A DNA stretch of 64,000 bases from Octopus sinensis. Its lineage: Eukaryota. The notes beneath the pieces are model-generated. The model was not told the origin of the DNA, did no database searches, and worked only from the letters and a program-made list of their open reading frames with translations. Made by a program: the position numbers and the translations under genes. The DNA is taken from the NCBI RefSeq assembly GCF_006345805.1, contig NC_043008.1:32364001-32428000 (forward strand). The letters run 5' to 3'. Shown here one piece after another: positions 1 through 10,051 of the stretch. The first letter of the stretch is position 1; every line of letters starts with the position of its first letter.

Positions 1-174
1 GCTAATATACTTATTGAATAAATAGGAACTCCAGCTGATCGAATAACTCGATACTCATCGCCGAAACCGTTGGAGATCTATTTATGTTGTTGTTTAGCCC
101 CATGTTAGTCTTGGTCGAGTAAATGCGACAAGATGCGACTTCATTGAAACAATCCTTCCCGCAAAGCAAATTAA

Positions 175-790
175 ATAAAATTTGGAATTTTTTGCGGAGG
201 GTGGAAGTGGTAACAAGAACAGGACAGTGAGAACAAAACAGTAAAAACAAACGGTGAGGGCTGTTAAGCCAAGACGATAGAAAAAATATTTTTTGTTCTC
301 GTTACCACTTTCACCCTCCACAAAAAATTCCAAATTTTATCTAAATAAAACCCTGGATTCAATAGCACTGTGTACAAACTCTATACTTGGAATGACCAAT
401 TTTAAATACTATTGGAATTTACTCACAAGGTACTGGAATCTTATATGTATACCATTCTGCCTAAATAATGGATCTACAAATCTGATATCCCTGCATATCT
501 CACATCTATTTTCATTCCTCCACTTCACTCTCTACTCCATATCTTATCGAAATTAACTATTGTTTAACCGTCTCCGATGAAAGGATATAATAAATATCCT
601 GGAAATAGCTGTAAGACCTTCTATTTATAAATGTTCTAAAATCTCCACAGCCTTGGTTTTTTTATCTCATTCTGAATTTTTTTTTTTTATATATACACAA
701 GCTGATATATAACCTATGTTGCACTCCTTATTCGCATAATCACCGAACCTGGAGCTTAACTATGGTCTATCCATAGCACTTACTCAACAT
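175..790. mobile_element. Probable Penelope-like element remnant with an inverted segment
   Basis: 47-bp inverted repeat (175-221 vs 294-340, 3 mismatches) plus the downstream hammerhead motif. No RT or GIY-YIG ORF visible; boundaries approximate. Confidence 0.4.
570..617 (+). ncRNA. Minimal type I hammerhead ribozyme-like motif (Penelope-type), partly degenerate
   Basis: Stem I GTCT(570-573)/AGAC(614-617). Core CCGATGA(574-580). Stem II AGGATAT-aataa-ATATCCT(582-600). GAAA(602-605). Near-palindromic stem III TAGCTG, then TA at the cleavage position. Confidence 0.6.
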
Positions 791-835
791 TACCTGACAC
801 CTTTGGGTCTTATTGACACCATTACCTCTTATAGC

Positions 836-937
<102 letters not shown>

Positions 938-939
938 TA

Positions 940-1755
940 CGAGGGGTTACTCAAAAGCAATGCATTGGTCTAGGCGCGTTTTCCACTATTCGAAGCAGTG
1001 CTGGAACTCTTGTGAAGTGATACCTTTTAACGCCTCTGTCGTTTTTTACTTCTCCTCATCCACATCGGCAAATTCCGTAGCACCAGCTTTTGTCACCGGT
1101 GATGACCTTCGGAAACAGGTTCGGATCAATTTCCAACTGTTCACTCATTTCATGACATGCATTCAGATGTGACTGCTTTTGATCTTCCGTGAGCATGCGA
1201 GGAACAGATTTTGCTGCAACTCTTTTCATTCGCAATTCCTCACTCAAAATTCGTTGGCAGGACACACCATTCATGTCAGCAAGTTCCTCAATTGTTCGGT
1301 GACGGTCCTCCAAGATCACTTCATGAATTTTCATGACGTTGTCATTCGTTCGGGAGGTCGACAGTCGTCCTGACCGAGGTTGGTCTTCATGCAATAGGTG
1401 ACCATTCCTAAAACATGAAAACCACTCGTAAACTTGTGTTTTGCTCAGGTCAGTGTCCTTGTGAGCTGCTAGAAGCATGACAACTGTTTCGGCCACCGTT
1501 TTCCCCAGCAAAAAACAGAATTTCGCGGAAGCACGACGCTGTTCCTTCGTTTCAGCTATCACAAAAAGTCGACGTAGAGGGGAGAAGCACTGCAAAACGA
1601 AAATGCACCACATGGCAGTCCGACTTCACCCGACGACGCCAGTCGGCAGACTGATGTCTGAGGATCGCATCAAGTGGCTTCAAGCGCAGGAAGCCTGAAC
1701 AACAACGGGTTTGTCCCACAGAGAACGTTTCCGGTTATTTTTGGGTACCACCTCG
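940..1755 (-). mobile_element. Internally deleted mariner transposon
   Basis: TA-flanked imperfect TIRs (CGAGGGGTTACTCAAAA / TTTTGGGTACCACCTCG). ORF 1056..1613 has the mariner HTH region (KFCFLLGKT, VYEWF, EDQPRSGR, VPRMLT, ITGDKSW), then jumps to the C-terminal CFE*WKTRLDQCI. Confidence 0.92.
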
Positions 1756-2224
1756 TAAATAACAATTTTCTTTCATTTTCCGTCCACCAAATCTACTCAC
1801 AAGGATTTGGTTGACTCAGGGTTATAACAGAAGAAACTTGCATGAGAACTGAACCCTGAACCATGTGGTTGAGAAGCAAACTTCTTATCATACAGCCACG
1901 CCTGCGCTAAGCCAAGGATTTACAAATTGCAAATTTGGGGTTCAGCTCTTTCCTTGAGTTACTACTAATGCCTATTTTATTTAGCTTTTAAGTCAGCCCG
2001 GAGCCAGTAGTCTTATAACGAAATACATTTTAGCCGTGACAATCCTTTTTTTTTTTTTTGCATTGAATTATATTGTCCTTTTAATTTTTTAGACGGTTGA
2101 GTGTAATTAAATATCGATTTAGTTGATATTTCAAGTCGGTTGAGCGACCCCGTCTTTTCGATTTCTCCACCTCCCGAGAGTTTAGATTTAAAATCAGTCG
2201 CATATTTTGAGTGTGTACACTTAC

Positions 2225-2325
2225 CCGTCTCCGCCTCCCCAGCAAGTCTTTACAGGCTTATACAGCAAACCCCAAAGTGCCGCCGTCATAAATGCGTTGA
2301 CCGAAGCGACCCGTCTCCCTCGCAT
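2225..2325 (-). CDS. Candidate first coding exon of an unidentified minus-strand gene (MRGRRVASVNAFMTAALWGLLYKPVKTCWGGGD)
   Basis: GC/CpG-rich non-repeat island. Open from ATG (2325) to a consensus donor GG|GTAAGT (GT at 2224-2223), with in-frame stops just upstream of the ATG. No homology recognised. Confidence 0.35.
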
Positions 2326-2606
2326 CCACTATTAACGATGCTCGTGACAGAAAGACGATGAAAGATAGGAGTGAAGAAGACCGTCAGATTCACACAACAT
2401 ACACAAACGCATGCACACAAAGACATACATATAGATAGGCCCAAACTCATACACACTAGAAACCAAAAGTGTATTTTGTCTTGTGTTTGTAACAATAGTG
2501 ATATATACAATTTATCGAACACTTAAATAAGAATAAGTTTTATTTTATGGAGATGTACTTGCATAGCAAGTGACCTGATCTGAGATCGTGTGCTGGAACG
2601 AAGGCA

Positions 2607-2783
2607 ATTGCAACGTAGGTGTTTATAAGCCATTTAAGAAATGCAGCACGGAATTTTGTCAGTGCACAAGTCGCGGTCACAAAGAGACGAAAATATTTTG
2701 GCAAATTAAATTTAAATGTTGAAGTGAATCTAACGGTATTTGTGTGTTTCTTAAATGGCTTATAAACACCTTCCACGCTGCAA
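2607..2783. repeat. Inverted-repeat (MITE-like) element
   Basis: Perfect 25-bp inverted arms AGGTGTTTATAAGCCATTTAAGAAA (2617-2641) and their complement (2747-2771). Confidence 0.7.
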
Positions 2784-2924
2784 AAGTTTTATTTTATTAT
2801 ATTGAAATATTTCGAAAAGACGTTAAAACATTTTAACAGCAACACATTTGAATATTTTAAAAATACTCACCATCTTCACATGCATTTGACTGTATGTTGA
2901 GAAACTATAATTTCGGGTTCATAA

Positions 2925-3312
2925 GGCGGCGAGCTGGCAGAATCGTTAGCACGCCGGGCGAAATGCTTAGCGGTATTTCGCCTGTATTTACGTTCTGAGT
3001 TCAAATTCCGCCGAGGTCGACTTTGCTTTCATCCTTTCGGGGTCAATTAAATAAGTACCAGTTACGCACTGGAGTCGATATAATTGACTTAATCCGTTTG
3101 TCTGTCCTTGTTTGTCCTCTCTGTGTTTAGCCCCTTGTGGGTAGTAAAGAAATAGGTATTTCGTCCATTTTTATGTTCTGATTTCAAATTCCACAGAGGT
3201 CGGCTTTGCCTTTCGGGGTCGATAAAATAAATCCCAGTTAAGCACTGGAGAGGGTCAATCTAATCGGCCTATCCCACCCCTGAAATTGTTGACCTTGTGC
3301 CAAAACTTGAAA
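2925..3312 (+). mobile_element. tRNA-derived SINE family A (GGCGGCGAGCTGGCAGAA head), with partial internal duplication
   Basis: A/B-box head and central TTTCATCCTTTCGGGGTC domain. Many copies in the window. Confidence 0.85.
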
Positions 3313-4015
3313 GCATTATTTCGTGTTCCTCATTTTTATTGTTATTTGAAGTCCCTTTCTCGTTACAGTCACATAATTGTGTGCCATGATATATACTGAG
3401 TGAATGTATCGACAACGAAATAATGTGCTTCTGGTTCGAAACACCCAGGTTTCCTTTCCTGAAATTACCTGGTTAAAAGTACATTCAATCACAGTACAAA
3501 ATCGTATTCTTTGTAACTATGTAATGGTACCGACCAGCAGAGAGCGTTTAAGAACTCAAAGACGCACAAAACAGCCTCACAAACACTAAAATCAAGGTGG
3601 AGATGACGCTGATTTCACAAGAGTCTTTAGATATTTGGCTGAGTCCCTTGGCACATACAATCCCTAGTCTCTAATCACCGAGAAACGCTGAAAGTGATTG
3701 AAAATTTTAGAAATCGGAACTCCGAACAAACGTTAACGGTATTGTAACGTCATAAACACACAATAGAAAATTTGAAAAAACAAAATCAAATTTTTTTTGG
3801 ACTTGACAAATGATTCTGAAATCAATTTCATACACACACACATTTGTGTGTACAAAACTAATGTACATGAATATATGCGTGTGTATATGTATGTGTAGAT
3901 ATGAATGTGCGTTCCTGTGAGTTTGTATATATTTATGCATGTATATACGAATATTAGCTATATCTAACTGCCTGTTTGCCTATCTCTATCTCCTATCTCT
4001 TTCTTCTTCTTCTGT

Positions 4016-4335
<320 letters not shown>

Positions 4336-5360
4336 ACAAATACACCGGAGTACATGCGTGTGTATTTCACAGTACCTGCCTACGTCACATCAGTTGTTTG
4401 CCCTACATCAAGACAACTAAGCTTGCATAACAGTATGCAACATTTGCCTGTATTGCTATGTTGCCGCTAACATCAAAGATTCCAAAACGAAGTTTACTTC
4501 TTTCTTCCTGGCGTCACAATAAAGAAAAGCAAACAGGCCTCGAAATATACACATATTTTATGCACATATGTATACATCATTGGATGGGCTTTGACTCTTT
4601 TCATTTTATCCGCCTTTTGGTAGTTCTTGTTCTTCTTGTTCCTCGTCCTGCAGTGTGTCCAGAATCACCTTCCTCGAAATGCAGGCTTGTTGTTGTTGCC
4701 AACGTCCCGTGCATGCAGAGGTATGTACTGATTACATGTTACCTGTAGCGTTCCCATATGCATAAATAGATATACATACATACATGATGGCTGCCCCTTC
4801 GTTATCGAGTATGGCCATTGCACGAAGCTTAACTTGTTATCGTGCAATGCCTGTGCAAGATTTTTTTTAAAGTGAGGAAAGGTTGTGCACTGAGTCAATC
4901 CCACTCACTAAGCAACAGCAGCCATAATCCGAAAAGAACAAGTCAACATCATCGGTAACCACTGAGCCGCAGGCTTTATGTCGGAGTTATCCCAGTTACC
5001 TGAGTTACCTTCTCCAAGAAGGATGTCCTAACAAGGGCTAGGAGTCCTTCACTCCCAATGGTTTAACCGCGCGATCGGGTATTCAGTCCAATTATTTCTA
5101 TGTCCCCGCGCATGATACAACCCTAAGACATTTATTGGATGGCCGTTGACTCTCAAGAGTTCCTCCGCCCTTTGACGGGTTTTGTTTTTCATCCCGCAGG
5201 TGTCCAATAAACACCACCCTCACCAAGCAAGCTTGGTGGGGTTGCCGGTTTAGTCGCCGACGACCCGACCATGCAACAGGTTGTACTGGGTTACATGTTA
5301 CCAGTAGCACTCGAAAGTGACCTGACATAACATACATACATACATACATACATAAAAAAA

Positions 5361-5698
5361 AACTGGCACTCTGCTGTTTATGACGACAAAAGTTCCAGTT
5401 GATCCGATCAACGGAACAACCTACTCGTGAAATTAACGTGTAAGTAGCTCAGCACTCTCCACACACGCGTATCCTTAACGTAATTCCCAGGGAGATTCAG
5501 CGTGAAATAGAACGTGACAAGACTGGCTCTTTGAAATGCTGGTACTACTCATTTTTGCCAGCTGAATGAACTGGAGTAACCTGAAATAAAGTATCTTACT
5601 CAAGGACACAACGCGCCGCCGGGAATCGAATTCACGACCTTTCAATCGTGAGCTCAATACTCCTAACATTAAGCCGAATACCTCTAATACTAAGCCTT
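5361..5698 (-). mobile_element. tRNA-derived SINE family C (second, degraded copy at ~52390-52645 +)
   Basis: TTCGATTCCC B box on the minus strand. The body GATCCGATCAACGGAAC...AATTAACGTG...GAGATTCAG is shared with 52440-52640. Confidence 0.75.
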
Positions 5699-5704
5699 CA
5701 CTAC

Positions 5705-5747
5705 ATGCATACATATGCACACACACACAAACACACATACTCACACA

Positions 5748-5808
<61 letters not shown>

Positions 5809-5885
5809 TACACACGCACACACATGCATACATACGTACGTATGTACGTATTTACATATACATAAGCATATATACACATACATAT
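5705..5885. repeat. (CA)n-rich microsatellite
   Basis: Seen directly in the sequence. Confidence 0.9.
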
Positions 5886-6594
5886 CCACTTACGCATTCA
5901 CGCACTTCTCTAGAGAGGTTGGGAGACAGGAGAAATAGATAGCGTCTATTACTTAGTCCGCCCCGGCGGACTAAGCAATCGAGAAGGGAGGTGGAGCGAG
6001 GTAATCGCTGTAAGGTATAGAATGTTTCTCAGAGAGCCCAAATTGAAGACCAGTTTCAAATCTAGTTCGAAGCAATTTCATCCCACTTATGTTCTTGGGG
6101 AAAAAACTTTAACTTCATAACAAGCTATTTACCCTCTTACTGCAAAATTTGAGGCCTTTTTTGTGGTGGAAAGAAATCAATATTAAGCTAATTCAACCAA
6201 TTATTTCATAAAGAGGCTCCAATTCATTTATAATTTGTTAACTTTTATTCGCAGAAAAAAACATTGATTCTAGTTTAAGTTTGTGTTAACATAATGCAGT
6301 GAATATCAAAAATCTATGCAGAAATATTTATGTGGTGAAAAACAGAAACCATTTTATCAATGATTAATATTAAAAGTAACTCTGTGTCGATTCCAAACTG
6401 CCGTTATTTCACTTCACTTTGCGTAACAAAGGTCTCTGGGAAAACTAGAAGATGAATTAAATTCTTCCATCTCATTTCTGTCTCAACATCCAAGGTTTTA
6501 ACTTCCATGACAATTTCTTCTTTTTTTACCATTTAGTTAGAGGTATACCACTTTAGGAAACGGTCAACCGCGTCATTTACTCTTTAGCTTGCAG

Positions 6595-6698
6595 TCTAAT
6601 CCTAACCCTAATTCTAAACCTAATCCTAAACCCTAATTCTTAGGCATAAGCCTAACCACTAAACCCTAATCGTAACCCTAACTCCTAATGCTAACCTA
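6595..6698. repeat. Degenerate (CCCTAA)n-like tract
   Basis: Tandem CCTAA/CCCTAA variants. Confidence 0.6.
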
Positions 6699-8661
6699 GA
6701 TCAGGTCCTTCACAGCATAGACTATGGATATTTCGGATGTAACAGGTGGTGGTGATGCCACTATAACACGGTTTGCCACTGTTACATTGAGTTGGAATAA
6801 CGAAAGAGCCTTTCATAAACTTCACAAATAATCTGATGCAATTCAGAGCAGGTAGGCAACGATTTATTCTCCGTTATAAAATACAATAATTGCCATACAT
6901 GAAACAAAATACCATAATAGCTTACAATAAAGATGTGTGAGAGAACTTCGTGGTTAGGCTGGACTGATCTGGTAGACAAAGCTGACGTAATGTTTGGTGG
7001 TGTGTAGAGGCAGCCGTTGGTCTGTTGGTCGTGCGATGTTCATACAGCAATGACGTAGACAGACGTCTGGTGGAGAAGGTGAAAGCGGAGACTGGCTGGT
7101 GTCAGAGTTGCGTGTGCTCAGTGGTGAGTGCCAAAGACCTAGCGCAGTAGAAAACTGATTTCTTATAGAGATCAGTTGGCTCCCAGCGCCGGTGATTAAT
7201 TTCCCGCGTAAAGAAAATAAACTGTTACTCCAACAATTGGAAAGCTGAAAACCGGTTAATAAAAACAATAGGTTCATTTAATCACGAGGTTATGTGACCG
7301 CTGGAACGAAAAGGGCTAGTGGAGCCGATTTTCGGGTATTTAAACCTAGATGAGTCAAAACGAAAACATCTCACATAATGACTGTGTAAATCACTTCTGC
7401 TACACGAAAGACCGCATGCTAAAGTAACACCGGCAGTGCCCATAGCTTTCTCCTGATACTGATGAAACGAAGGGAGGAAATTTATTCGCAAACGGGTAAC
7501 CTGACCCAAAACACTTGCAACAGAATGGTCTCTGCTAAATGTACCTAAGGGGTTAGTGCTAGTGTTATACTGGGCATCAGATTAAGTCTATACCCAAGAA
7601 CGAAAACACCCCTCTAACCGAGCTTTCTACACAGTTTCCGTATACCAAATATTACACACGGGTTATTGGTCATCCCAAATGCTGTTGGATCGAACGCAAA
7701 ATCGTATAGCTGCGAAGCGAACTTGTTGACTACATTGCCATGAATGTAGTATGAAATTAGAAAATTTTGCAGTATTTAATGCCGACTTACTCATTTATAA
7801 GTTTAAAATACCATTTTGATCGTCTTTGATTTTCTTAATTTAAGCACAATGCTAGCAATTTTTGAGAGGTGGCAGTTGATACAATCAAACTCAGAACTTG
7901 ACTGGTACTTTGGAGGTAGGAGAATATCGTCATAATCTTTTCTATTTCACTGTGTAACACAATTTGTTTACTCATAGAAAGTATGAAAAACGGCTAATAT
8001 TTCCTTCAAACTTTACTTTTGTTACATTTATTCAATCTCCAAAGAATCCTTCTCATCACATTTACTCCTGCTCATGATCAGAGATGCATATATTGTCAGC
8101 CATTAAGAGACATGCTCAAGTGGTTAAGGTCAAGCAACTGACAAGCAAATCTGTGGTATTTAGTAGAATATTTACTATAACGATATTTCTGATTTGGCAA
8201 CTCAGCGCTGAATCAATCTGGGATGTAATGAAAAAATAGATCAGTTAAAAATATATATATATGTCCCAGTCACAAAAGCAAAGTTTAAAGGGAATAGTAG
8301 TAATTTCCTTTGATTTCTAGATAGACGCAAAATAGGTAAAAGTACTTACTAACCAAAGTCAAAAACGAGTAAAAATTTTGTTACACAGTGTTATGGAGGC
8401 GAAGACTGAAATTTTGGCATATAGGCCTAGTCGATTACATCGACACCAGTACCTGACTGATACATATTTCATCGGACCCGAAAGGGATGAAATGCAAAGT
8501 CGACACCAGTGGCATTTGAATGAAGAAGTAAAGCCAGAAGAAATGCAGCTAAGTATTTTGTCCGGCAAGATAATCGCATCGATTGTTCGTACCTTCCGAT
8601 AACAAACGTATGGCCTTATAATCATATAATAAATCAATATTAGGTAACAGCAGTAGCTCAC

Positions 8662-8830
8662 TATTATCAGCACGCCATTATATTGGTGTTCTGGATCATG
8701 TACACAGCTTCTCCATGAACACACCTCTTACACTGATTTCATCCAATCAGGGTGAACATAATTTAATGTCTTTTTAACAAGAACTTCCCAAAGAGATGAA
8801 GGCATCTTGCCGTCCATTTTGGCGCGAATT
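8662..8830 (-). other. Candidate first exon of a divergent (head-to-head) transcript
   Basis: E2F-like TTTTGGCGCGAA (8817-8828) overlaps GCCAAAATGG on the minus strand. ATG at 8817 opens 29 codons (MDGKMPSSLWEVLVKKTLNYVHPDWMKSV*). Possible donors GTAAGA (8731) and GTGAGC (8661). Confidence 0.3.
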
Positions 8831-9869
8831 GTAATATTGAATTTTATTGGTCGCATGATCCTATAACATTGATGTTGAAGAAAACTTTGACGAAAAATTA
8901 AATAGGGTATATTTAAGTGGCTATTTTCAATCGATCATAATTGTTGATTTTGACGCATTCGTTTATTTGAGACAGATCGAGTTGAGTCTACTTCTAAAAA
9001 ATGAACGATTGTTTTCCATTTAAAATTGAAAAGATGATATCTACAGTTTTACAAGTATGGGAGGCAACTCTTGAAGTGTTTCATTTTTATTGGCCGTCAT
9101 CATTCAAATATACACACTTCTCCGCACTTGTCAAAGTAGCGATGTGAGAATCACCAAGTAGATGTACAATATCGTACACAGGCAGACATAACAATGAGCG
9201 TACATAAAATAATTACTGGGGGTTAATACATATGTGCTATTCATTTGAAAAGCAATTGTTAAGTTAGTGAGGGAAATATATTTAAATTGTTCTTTGGTAG
9301 ATACGATGACAACTCTGGGCATGTTTCGACCTTATTTAATCTCCTAAGCTGAAAATAGTGTTCAGCGTTAGTATGAGATGAAAATTAGAACTAAGCATTC
9401 TATATTGCATGCATGTACTGAGTTCTCCCCATAACACACGCTGGTTCACTTCTAAACACGTGAATTTACAAAATGGATTGAATGGGGTAAATTGGACAAA
9501 AAGCATGTTGTGTTTAGTTTCAACTCTTTGTGTTCCAATCCCGCCAAGTCAATTTTGTCGTTCAACCTTCTGAGTTACATAAGAAAAAATATCAGTCAAA
9601 GTATCTGGATTAACTTAATATTATTATAAAGTTTGATAAATGTGTTGAGAATTACAATAAAAGATTAAAATGTTAGATGAAGTCAGAAATTCTGTCAGAA
9701 TGGAAGATTTATCCAGCGAAGAAATATGTATAAAAATAAATATACCGATTGAAATCAATGCATATAAATACGAATCAGTATATTTATTCATAACCCGTAT
9801 AGTGCTAGCAAAACTCGAATTTAAAAAATATATATTATTTTTATGGGCGATTCAAATGAGAGGACAACT

Positions 9870-9967
9870 AAAGTAGCGACACCGGGAAATGACAGAATCG
9901 ATAATCTTGTCTTCTGAATTGGCGGCGCGGTCAACTGCATTGTGGGAGTTCACGTGACAGTGAAAAG
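9870..9967 (+). promoter_or_regulatory. Putative SNX1/2 promoter/5'UTR with ZNF143(Staf)-like site and CLEAR-type E-box
   Basis: CpG-containing patch just before the ATG. ACTGCATTGTGGGAG (9934-9948) is the reverse complement of CTCCCACAATGCAGT. TCACGTGAC at 9950-9958; TTGGCGGC at 9919-9926. Confidence 0.55.
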
Positions 9968-10051
9968 ATGGCTGACGAGAGAGAACCTCCTCCGCTCGAA
10001 GAGTTTTACAGTATTAAAGACGAAGACGACCTGTTTGCTGATGACAGTGAG
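9968..10051 (+). CDS. SNX2: Sorting nexin SNX1/2 orthologue, coding exon 1 (MADEREPPPLEEFYSIKDEDDLFADDSE)
   Basis: ATG at 9968, 28 codons, donor GAG|GTAAAT at 10052 (phase 0). The start closely resembles vertebrate SNX2 (MAAEREPPPL...EDLF). Preceded by a CpG-rich promoter-like stretch. Confidence 0.9.

Noticed and set aside
28-76. CTGATCGA...GAAACCGT hammerhead-like spacing with a CTCCA/TGGAG stem
   Set aside because: There is an extra base in the core and no stem II pairing.
2925-3010. tRNA genes suggested by A/B boxes
   Set aside because: They are SINE heads continuing into SINE bodies, with no complete cloverleaf.
4458-5330. Exon-like segment (ctgcAG...GAG|GTATGT) and GC-rich ORFs
   Set aside because: Embedded between microsatellites in what looks like a retroelement UTR fragment, with no partner exons or recognisable protein.
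6595-6698. Telomere or chromosome-fusion site
   Set aside because: Short, highly degenerate and in one orientation only; more likely a simple repeat within an old element.
8662-8817. Loose resemblance of the minus-strand peptide to the Gemin6 N-terminus
   Set aside because: Only a few scattered residues match and there is an internal TAA; not supportable without a search.
9318-9350. Minus-strand hammerhead-like CTTAGGA-GATT(aaataa)GGTC-GAAA-CATG
   Set aside because: The core box is mutated, U16.1 is missing, and no stem I partner is visible.
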